Shown piece after piece: positions 53,851-64,000 of a DNA stretch of 64,000 nt (its first letter is position 1; every line of letters begins with the position of its first letter). The notes below the pieces were generated by a model that was not told the DNA's origin, searched no databases, and saw only the letters and a program-made list of their open reading frames with translations. The stretch lies in the NCBI RefSeq assembly GCF_009914755.1, contig NC_060926.1; one strand, written 5' to 3'. Position numbers and translations under genes: made by a program. Origin of the DNA: the human T2T-CHM13v2.0 reference genome, Homo sapiens.

Positions 53851-55224
53851 GGTGTAAACATGCACACACAAATTTAGTTATTTAATGATCTTTGGTGTGC
53901 TTAAGCCACAATTCCCCTGGTTTAGAATTATCACAAGGGAAGAAAGTGAAATGTCATGGGAAAACCATGTGTCTGAATGAGAAAAGTTTCAATCGAGGTC
54001 CTGACAGGTGTGTGACCCTGGCCATGCCATTCACCCTCTGTGAATCGTTATTTTCTTACTCTAGTAAAAAGAGGAGGGAAAATTTACAGATTTAAATTGA
54101 AATAATATACGAAAATATTAAAATAATCTAATTGTGTCTGCAGCACAATTGTTAGTTCATAATTAATCAATAAGTGGTAGATGTCTTTATTATCAAAAGC
54201 TAATTATCATTGTTGTTTTCATGGAAGTCTCAGAAATAACATCTGAAAAGCAGCCATTCACTTACTGAGGATTTCTACATGCAGAGTCGGCTACTGCGAT
54301 TTCTGTTTTGCTTGGGCCTCATTTGGAGAACAGGGTCGGTTGTTCTCACTTTCTAGTGGTTGGAGAATATTCAAACTGATATCCCTTGTGGGGTAAGATC
54401 TTGGGGACAAATATTTCTTCTATTTCAAGGTTTCTTAAATTTCACATGTGATTTTAAAAAGCAAATAAGCCCCTTAATTGCTTCATTAAGCTAGTCAACA
54501 CTAATTAAGAAAAGTCAAGTGGAAAAATATTAGAAACTGCTGTGCCTGACTTTAAGCCTCCTCTCTTTCTCCCAGAATATGTTTTGCTTTGCTGAGGAAA
54601 GGGAGTTTGTGATTTTCTGTGATAGAATCCACTCTGACCTCCTGGGTTCTGAGCTTGAAATTGAGCTTCAGTCTTTGGGGGTTGATCCTGTTTATTACTG
54701 ATGAAACATGATTTCCCAACCCCATGAAAAAATGCCTAAGTGCCTTGTAAAGTAGCACAGGGGGTAACCCAAACTATTTTGATGAGTTAGAATTCAACAA
54801 GCTTGAAACATCAGTTTCTTCTCCTTTGATACAGCATAGGAGCTTAAGAACAGTGGGCAAGGGAGGTAGCTCAGTCTTGGAGTGGGAGCTCCATATGTGA
54901 ATATGTGCATGTATGCATGTGTGTCTGCACCTTTGCGTTTGTGCACCTCTGTGCACATATGCGGTGTTGGGTATGCGGTAGGGAGCTTCTACTTGTCTGT
55001 AAGACAAATAGGTCCTGAATTCAGCCTTTTGCTCTTCTCCAAACTTTGGAGCAGTTATTTCTCTTAGTTCTGCTGAAGCTCATAAGAAAAGTGAGTTTTG
55101 TTATAGATTTTCCTAGAACTGACTAGGCCATATGTCTGGTTATATCAGCTCCTTTGGAATCTCTCAGATCTAGAGAAAATGATGAAGTAATTCCAGTAAC
55201 CTGCCTTAACTCTCCTTTATTGTA

Positions 55225-55460
55225 GTAAATAGCTTCTATATATTGAGCACTTACTGTGTACCAAATGTTGTTTAGATATTTTATAACCATGGCCACATGT
55301 AATTCTCAGGGTAACTCCTCAAGATGCATATTATTATCTCTATTTAATTGATAAAGATATCAAGGCTAAGAGAAATAAATGGCTTATAGCCCCAGAGTTG
55401 GTAAGTTGTTGAGCAGGGATTAAAACCCCAAGATGCCTCCTGCAAACTCAGTCTGATTTC
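55225..55460 (-). mobile_element. MIR
   Basis: tattgagcacttactgtgtacca...aaggctaagagaaataaatggctt...gggattaaaacccc. Confidence 0.7.
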
Positions 55461-55979
55461 CTCTTTACCCCATTATTGAAAAGTCTCTCTTACTGTAATC
55501 CTCTGGGTCATATCAGAATCTTTCCTGGTCCCAGATGAGAAAAACTCAAATTCCTCTTCACTCTAAAAACACTGCTTGGTACAGTGTCTCTGCTAAGCCT
55601 GCTCAGCATGCAAACACCCCCTGAAGCTCCATGGTTGGCTTTACCCACAGCCTTCAGGAGCTCAGCACATGTCAAGCCCTTCAGAGGATTTTGGGCTGCT
55701 TAAGGGAATCTTCTGGATAAGCAAGAAATGTGGAGGACTTTGGGATTTGAGTCAGAAGGAATTTTGCCCATATTGACACTTGTGCTGGGGAGACCAGACC
55801 TGAGTTATTTAGGGTGATAGGTGATCTCCCTTTGGGGTGTCAGCTCCTGTGGATGGCCTTTCTCATCGACTATGGATGAGTGAAAAGGATAAGAACCTTG
55901 CCATCATCAGAATAAACTCAACAGAGACAAAACCATAAGACTCAGTCTATTTTGCAGGCATTGAAGCATGCTGTGACAC

Positions 55980-56318
55980 TGTCATGCCAGACCCCTAATA
56001 ACTTCAGTAGGGATGGCACTGGGTTCAAGAGGCTAGAGAAGAGACCTACAGCCAGCAAAAGAGGCCTATGGTTTTATTTGGGTGAACTTACATACAGGGA
56101 TGGTCCAGTGGTGGCAGGCTGGACAGGAGAACCACAACTGCTGGCAAAAAAAAAAAAAAAAATGCAGTTTATATAACATCCTCACTTAGCACCCTCTCCT
56201 CAGCAACCTCCACATGAGCACCCTCATTTCTTAAATAATTGTTGTCAGGTCCGTCTGCTATATGGGGTTATTCTCAGGGTAGACTTAAGTTATTGCTGTC
56301 AGGTGTGTCGACCATACA
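55980..56318 (-). mobile_element. ERVL solo LTR (LTR47/LTR18C-like)
   Basis: Minus strand tgtatggtcgacacacctgacagcaataacttaag...ggcatgaca; TG..CA ends; 5-bp TSD gacac/ggcac; internal TATATAAA and AATAAA. Confidence 0.8.
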
Positions 56319-57722
56319 GGCACCAATTGCATGGGCTCATTTGAGGGATAAAAGCTCAGTATGTCTTGAATGAGGAAAAAGTGTAGAAGCCCTTGTTGGA
56401 TGTATTGAGGAATCCCATTGATAGGCTCCAAAAGGGTTCCATTAACTCAGCACTGACCAGTCCTATGAGATTGTGAGTGTTCAGTCGGCTTGGTGAGGGA
56501 TGGCAGTGGGCATCTTCTGCCTGTGGTGGGCATGCTTGTGGGGGTTGAGAGACCTGCCATCCATTAGACTCTTGTGTACTGAAGAGCTACCTCAGTTTCC
56601 TTTTGGCCCAGGACTAGCAGGCAAGACAATTCTAGATTTCTCTCATAATGGGTCTGAGCCAGTGGATAGTTCCCTTGCCTTGGACTGAGCAGGATGAAGT
56701 CTGCAGGGATGGGGTGGGAGCAGCGGCTGTAGCTCTGATGCTTCAGACACATGTACATTCTTATGAAAACAAATGATCTTTAGCCAGGAACTGAACACAG
56801 ATAAACTAAGGCACAAAGTGTGCACAATTAAAAAGACCACAACTTTTGTGAAAATGCTGACTTTAATTAAAATAAGCAAATAAAGGAACAAACAACCCTT
56901 ACATATTTCCTTCAATTTCTCAGTGTTCTGGAGATTCAGAGCAAGTGATTATGAGGCTAAAAAATTGTATCAGGTAGTTATCAAATAATTCCCATCAAGA
57001 ATATGAGCTAGCATCATGAGATTCTTTCCCAACATCTTTAATGAGAGTAGAATGAGGTCTTTGTAACAACAAACAGCTTTTGATATTTCTGTGGGGGGCT
57101 ATTGCTCTAACTGCTCACAAATCAAGGACGAGAAATCAAGTTTAAGTAAGAAGAACGTGTGATGAATGTTTGGGGAATTGAAGCATGCAACACAAATGAG
57201 CCTAAGGATACAGGTGTGAGAGGCTGTTGCAACCTAGGTCATAGTTCAGAAGGTGATCTATCCCAGAGCCCCTGCCAGTCAGATAAAGAATCCAGGCAAG
57301 CACAAGGCAGGATATTAATACTCCCAGATAAATGAGCTGAGAACTGTGGTCCTGGGGGGCCTGAGACACTTAACAAAGTAGGGGTTCATGACTAAGAAAA
57401 ATACAAGGCCAGATCCCAGTTCTAGTGACAAGGTCAGAGAGAGTGGAGATGTCAGCAGAGTGACCTGGAGAGTACTAAGCCTCAGACCTCACTGTGTCAA
57501 AAAGTGATTAGAATCTAATGAGAGTGCCTGGGTATCAAACCCAGTCAATGGATACTAACAAGGGTTCATGATAGTCTGAGCTCCACTGAACTTCACTCTT
57601 CCCAAAGATTGAAGTGGTGGAAAGCTCCTGATAACTTTGCCAAGAGCAGAAATGGTGTGAGTCCTGGGTACCCTTAGGCTTCCTGGAAGCTCAGAGGATT
57701 GAGCCTTAAGAATATGAAGAGG

Positions 57723-57861
57723 AGAATGGTGTGAACCCGGGAAGCGGAGCTTGCAGTGAGCCGAGATTGCGCCACTGCAGTCCGCAGTCCGGCCTGGGCG
57801 ACAGAGCGAGACTCTGTCTCAAAAAAAAAATAAAAATAAAATAAAATAAAATAAAATAAAA
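57723..57861 (+). mobile_element. 5'-truncated AluYb8-lineage element
   Basis: Diagnostic 7-bp duplication gcagtcc-gcagtcc (57777-57790), gggaagcgg, gagattgcgcc; TSD aagaatatgaagagg at 57708-57722 and 57862-57876. Confidence 0.95.
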
Positions 57862-57877
57862 AAGAATATGAAGAGGG

Positions 57878-58204
<327 letters not shown>

Positions 58205-60034
58205 TTAACACTCTGGAAAGTCATCACTCCCAGATTCTTTCCATGGAGGCTCTCTCGAAAGCAGAATGACCCCCATTCTAGAAGCAGAAGGTGAATATGG
58301 CAAAGGCCTGTGGAGGAGCTAGTGTGAAAGGAACTGACATGAGGACAGCTACCAACTGGAGTGAGAAAGTCAGGTCTCAGCTACAAGAGCACTAGCTGGG
58401 CAAGCGAGACCGGTAGGGCCTTCATCAGAAATGCCACCTATTTTGACATTTTGAGTCCAAAAATGTTCCTATGTACTACACTGAAGTGTGTCCCTGAAGG
58501 TGGCCCCAGAAATGGCCCAGATGAAGTCCTGGGAAGGCCGTGGAGGTCATCCTCTTTTGTTTCCTTCTTCAACTTGGTCCAATTACCTTGCTCTCCATTG
58601 AATTTCAAATTAGACCTTGTGTCTTCACACCTCAAGCCTTTACCCTAAGCCTTCTCTTTGCCTGGAATGACCTCTTTCCTCTCACATCATTCAATTTCCA
58701 TCCCACCTTTGAAATAAAGCCTACCTTTCTTGCTATTGTGATTACTTTAGCTTGCAGTGACTTCTCCTGGCTCTAATATCTGAATCTTGTATTCAATAAT
58801 CATTCTTTAGTAGGTTTTCCTTAGAAAGCCCACTGGACAAAAGTCAGATTCATATTAAACTACAGACTAAAGAGCAGGAAGAGCCCCTAGAGATCCCCTA
58901 GCCCTACTATTTCTGTTTAGGTGAGCAGGCAAAAATGTAGAAGGAAGTAGTGATTTCCTTAAAGTTACAAGAGAGTCAAAAGCAGAGAATGCATAAATCC
59001 ATGTCTACTGACTCTCAATCTGGAATGTCTTCCATGCATTTTTTTAAATTTCTTTTATGCCTAAGTAGTTTAACTTGAGATGAAAATGCAATAAGAATCA
59101 CATTTCCACAGAAGTGATAAGAAATTGATCAGGGCTCCTTTCTGATGTTTCAGCATGCTATGAGTCTCACGGAAGGTCCCTGTTTTTGCACCTCAGGGTG
59201 AATCATGGATTTCTGAATGGGCAGGAGGAAACTGAGGCTAAGTGAGGCTACCTCTGGAATCACTGGAAGTCCTCCCAGGAGGGAAGAGAAAGAGACCTAT
59301 GACATCAACCTTGAGCTTTCCTTCTTTGTTCCTTTTATGGCCTTCCTCACTTTATGTGAGTTCTGGGATATGAAAGTGCTCAGGGGTAGGGAAAGCTGTA
59401 AATCCCCAGGGCCTTGCACTATAAACTTCATTTCCTCCCTTTATTGCAGTTAACTGCCCATGAACTCTATTAATATTTTGCAAATTGAGATCCCTAAAAC
59501 ACATGTTACTGTTAATTTTAACCTCATGCTAACTAGGATGTGGTCAAATTTTCACAACAAATTCCAAGGATATTTTGATATGCCTTGGAAAAATGCATTT
59601 AAAGGTGCCTCGGGGGTATATACTTTTTCTAAGTCTACACATTTTCTTTCAATTCTTGCTGTTTAGGAACAGGCAGAAGTAAACTGTCTTATGTGAGGAG
59701 GAGCAATAATACAAAGTGATTCAGTTATGATACGGGAGTGACAGAAGCCTCTAACAGACCAAGAGGGACAGTCAAGGAACATCAACTTTCTGAACTTACC
59801 ATAGTAAAAATCTGATGTCAACAAAACTGTTACACACTTTTGCGTACAGGATCAATTTACTTAGAAACACTTCACCGTTCTATAAACACAATTCTTCCCT
59901 TAGGCAAAAGCCATGGGTTTTATAAATTTAATGAGACAAAAATGAATTTTTCCCACCTCCAGGATACCAAATACATTATCACAGAATAGTATCACAAGTG
60001 TGACCTCTAAATCTGATGAGCCAGAAGTAAGAAA

Positions 60035-60451
60035 CTCCTTCCTTCCTTCTTTACTTCCTTCCTCCCTCCCTCCTTTCCTTCCTTCCTCCCCTCCTTCCTT
60101 CCTCCCTCCCTGTCTCCCTCCCTCCCTCCTTTCCTTTCGTTCCTTCCTTCTTTCCTTCCTTCCTTCCCTCCCTCCTTCCTTTCCTTCCTTCCTTCCCTCC
60201 TTCCCTCCTTCTTTCCTTCCTTCCTTCCCTCTCTCCCTCCTTCCTTTCCTTCCTTCTTTCCTCCCTTCCTTCCTTCCCTCCCTCCCTTCCTTCGTTCTTT
60301 CCTTCCCTCCCTCCCTCCCTTCTCTCTCTCTCTCCCTACCACTCTGCTGCCTCCTTGCTTCCCTCTCTTCCCCTCCTCTCACCTCTCCTTCCCTACCTTT
60401 ACTTCCCTACCTTTTCTTCTTTCCTGCCTTCCTTTCTCCCTTTCTTCCTTC
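60035..60451. repeat. About 415-bp (CCTT/CCCT)n polypyrimidine tract
   Basis: Direct reading; it generates the spurious GR/KE-rich and PS/LF-rich ORFs. Confidence 0.95.
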
Positions 60452-60535
60452 TATTTACTCATCAAATATTTTCTGAGTACCCATGTTGCCAGGAATTGCT
60501 CTAGCCATTGCAGATTCACTGATAAACATATCCCC
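60452..60535 (-). mobile_element. L2 3' end
   Basis: tttactcatcaaatattttctgagtacccatgttgccaggaattgctctagcc. Confidence 0.7.
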
Positions 60536-61184
60536 GGAAAACATTAATCAATGATTTCACCTCTGAGATGGGTACTCTTCCCCAAGAACATCAATCTATT
60601 CATGGCATGCATCTTACAGAAAGACAGGAGAAAATGTCCAGCTATAGAAAATAAAGCAGTGGCCATTCTATGAATCATTGAGTCGACAAACTTCTGCTTT
60701 TTTAGTTTGTTTCCCCAAATGATTCTCCACTTTCTCTCAATCATAATGGTAAGTTGAAGTTCACCCAAATCCTTATTGCCTCAAATAAGGAGATGGTGTG
60801 GTATAGTGACATCATTTTTGTCCTCACAACCAATTATTCTGGGAAAGATGAGGGAGTGCAGAGCCATTGGAGAGAAGGACATCCCCCTTCCTCTGCCTCC
60901 TGCCCTTCTACAATGCCAAGTCACACCTGGACCTAAAGGGGAGACACTCCTCTTCCATATATGTACAATTGATCTTACTCTTCAACTTCCATTGCTTTCA
61001 CTCCAATTATTTCTTACCCTTGATTCTAATATAGGTGGTAGCATTCTCAATACCTAAGTGCCAACTTCTCTCAATACATTCAATAGGAATTCAATTATTT
61101 AGGGAGTAGAGCATCTCCTGAGGAAAAAGTAAATATTCTTCCTACCCTTCCCTACCCTCTTTGTGAAATAACCATGCTTTCTCC

Positions 61185-61410
61185 TTATGATCAGGGTATA
61201 TTACAACTGCCAGTGCATGAACTATTTTCTTTGCCGGCTGGTCTACTGGTACAGTGGGCCCAAATTGATCAGCAGTGGTCATAGCTTTAAGTTAATGAGT
61301 CCTGTATCTCCTGGTAGAAACAGCTCTCAGAATCTAAGGTTTCAGGAACAAAAAACAGAAATCTCCCAAGTAGGTCACTGGGAGTAATGGTGAGTCCAGC
61401 CCCAAGAGTT
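61185..61410 (-). mobile_element. MLT1-int/ERVL internal remnant
   Basis: gcagtggtcatagctttaagttaatgag...cctggtagaa...cccaagtaggtcactgggagtaatggtgag resembles recalled MLT-int/ERVL pol-end sequence. Confidence 0.55.
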
Positions 61411-62319
61411 CCGCCAGAGGAATCAATAATAATAATTCATTCTTCTTTTGAGAAAGCCAAGATCCCATCTTGTACCCTCAGCCCAGTGATTTCCTGGGCA
61501 ACAGATACCCCAGCCCCACAGAAGGGCTGCTGAGGGCTGCTGCAGGGCTGGCTGAGATGCACATGAAGCTCTGCCCGAGAAAGAGAGAGAGAGAGAGATC
61601 CTTGAGAGTCCACAGCTGTGTGGGGATCTGGGCTTTGAGCCCCCTCAGCTGAAGTCAGCAGCCCCCGGAGTGTCTCAAACCTGCTGCTGGCCTCAAAGCT
61701 CAACTTGCTTGGCCAAGGCCCCATATCACTGTAGGACATCCAGGGCTTCAAAGGAGGGCCCCTCAGAGCAGCCTCCTCCTCCAAAACACTTCTTGCCAAA
61801 GCACAGCTGAAGCAGGCTTGAAGCTAAATATTTGGATTGAAAGGGAGGGAGAATGCAGCCCCTCTGAGGGGTATTTTACCCAAGCCATTGGGAGAGAACC
61901 ACCTCCCAGCGCAGGCATGCTGAGCCCCACAGCATTGAAAAGCACTGTAATCGCTGTGCAATCAGCTGTACCATGTGCCTGCAAACCTTGCAGAAACACA
62001 GGCCCTGCAATGTACACAGTGATTCCCAGTCTGCTTCCTTCATCTCATTTCACCCTCTTCATGACCTTCAGAAGCTGCAGGATGCAATGGCTCTCTTCTT
62101 TGTATATGCAAAAATTGAGCATCTCCACAATGGAAAAATGACCTTCTCAATGTTGAATACGAAACAAGGGCTTAAGACTGGACTCTAAGTTGGGCCTTCT
62201 GAAGGCAGGATTGACGCCTTCCTTATCAATCCAGGGTTTCTGTTGAATAATAATAATGCCAAACATCAGTACACAATGCTGTAGGGAGGTAGACAGAGCA
62301 TGGTTTTTGGAGAGAAAAG

Positions 62320-62900
62320 AACAGAGCTGAAGGTTCCATTCCAGCCTTTGTCAGTTCTGTGACCCCAGGCCTGTCATGGTTGACCTTATTGAGCCGCAAT
62401 GTCATCTGGAAAGTGGACACAATAATGAGATTCCTCCCTACTCCCATCACTCGACTGCACTGGGGGTCACCTGAGCCAGTGTGCATTTAAAAAGTCCTTT
62501 CCACCTGCATGTGCTGTGAACCTGGGAATGATGGTAATGGTGATTATGCCAAAGAAATGAACATCACAGCCTGAAAGAAACTGGGGGCAGAAGAGATCTT
62601 CGACATCTTGCCTAGCCCCTTCATTTTATACATGTAAAAACTAGTTTGTCTAAGTCAACCTAGGAAAATAGTAGCAAAGCCAAGCTTAGACCTCCAAGAC
62701 CTGTCCTGTATCATTACCCTTCTTTTTTTTCTTCATGTTCCCGAACACTTAACAAGCACATTTATTCTCTGAGGGAGTAGATAGGAGAGATGATATGTCC
62801 CAAGTTTATGGGTGAGGAAATTATGACACAAGGGTTACAAGAATTACATCAAATGGCATGATGAGTAAGGAGTGGCCTGGGTTTCACTCTTAATTTGGCC
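62320..62900. mobile_element. Cluster of MIR fragments
   Basis: gtcatctggaaagtggacacaataatg (+); cttcattttatacatgtaaaaact and atgggtgaggaaattatgacacaagggtt (-). Confidence 0.55.
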
Positions 62901-63269
62901 AAAGTAATTTTATTTCAAAATGAAAAACAAAAACAAAACCACTACACTCACACCAAACATTTGCCATCCAAACTGGTCAAAGGGCTGCGTTTATACAGCT
63001 CTCCAACCATTGCAGGGATCCCTTTTACAACATCCCCGTCACTTGGGCAGCTCACCTTTGCTTAATGAACTCCTGTGTGGTCCTCATCAGACAAATAATT
63101 TCATCATTAAATAATCTTTATTTCAAGCAAATATTTACCAATTGCTTGCTATATGCAGGGGACTAGAAGTATTGATGGCTAGAAAGCTCTCCCACGTGCT
63201 GGAGCAAAATCTGCCTCTCCCTCACTAGTAGTCATTTCACCCTCCGACTTTACTACAATGGTCCCGTAT

Positions 63270-64000
63270 GACTTTGCTATAGAATTTGACGATGCTAACC
63301 ATTCCCTTCTTCCTAATGCTCTCTCCTTCCTTGTGTCCTGGTAATCAGGCTCCATATTCTATACCTCTGATTCTTTTTAGTCTCTTTCACTGGCTACCCT
63401 TCTTCTCTCTTAGTTCATAAATATCAGCATTCTGGACAGGACTGATTCACAGTCTCAGAGACATGACTCCCAAATATAAATCTGCCCAGACCTCTTTACT
63501 GAGCTGCAGACCTGTACATCAAACAGCTGTAAGACATCTCCATTTTGATGTCCCACAGGCATCTCAAATTTGGCATGTCTAAAATGGAACTTCCATCCTC
63601 TAATCCCCTAGAAACCTCCTCTCTCCTGTATGCTCTTTCTCTCTATCCTGTATACTCTATTATTCCCCATTTGAGCCAAAAACCTAGACGTCGTCTTTAT
63701 TCCCCCCTTGCCTTAGCGCACCTCCTAACTCCTTAGATCTACACCACACCACCTCTTGAACCTGCCCTTTCTTCCACACCCACTCCTATTGGTTTAGGTT
63801 GGACTCCATTTTAGTTCTCCTATAGTATACAACAGCCTTCCAGTTTCCACTGTGGATTCCTTGTAATTAACTCAACACAATAGCACTAAAGTGTTCTCTC
63901 TAAAATGTGATACATTTGGTCACGCTTTCCCCACTAAAAACCAGCCAATGGTGCTCCTCCATCAAAGGATAATGTCCTGATTTTATATGATGGGCTAAGG
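63270..64000 (+). mobile_element. L2 (L2b/c-like) fragment
   Basis: atgactcccaaatataaatctgcccagacctctttactgagctgcagacc...gatgtcccacaggcatctcaaatttggcatgtctaaaatggaac. Confidence 0.85.

Noticed and set aside
59900-60476. Longest ORFs in the track (160, 158 and 111 aa)
   Set aside because: Stop-free translation of the (CCTT)n tract; low-complexity artefact.
61380-61400. Good donor atg|gtgagt
   Set aside because: Part of the MLT/ERVL-int remnant; no matching strong acceptor or reading frame seen.

Overview
AT-rich primate genomic DNA, almost certainly human because it carries a fragment with the AluYb8-type 7-bp duplication. It is intronic or intergenic. I cannot recognise any intact protein-coding gene, RNA gene or processed pseudogene; the ORF track is explained by Alu, L1 ORF2 and Tigger/Tc2 transposase remnants, low-complexity tracts or chance. 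Interspersed repeats fill much of the window: 8 Alus, several L1s (two L1PA7-like twin-primed inversion copies and an L1PA16-like copy), Tigger1/Tigger3/Kanga/MER DNA transposons, MSTA and LTR47-like solo LTRs, and many MIR/L2 relics. The best-supported unusual structures are a target site used twice by two Alus (triple TSD), two inverted L1PA7 copies forming a quasi-palindrome around a small unique CpG cluster, an internally inverted Tigger1, and a near-perfect 71-nt MER96 hairpin. Several plus-strand exon-like cassettes and motif clusters may belong to an unidentified lncRNA or enhancer landscape, but that is inference only. Family names come from recalled consensus sequences, not a search. 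I found no convincing novel gene system.
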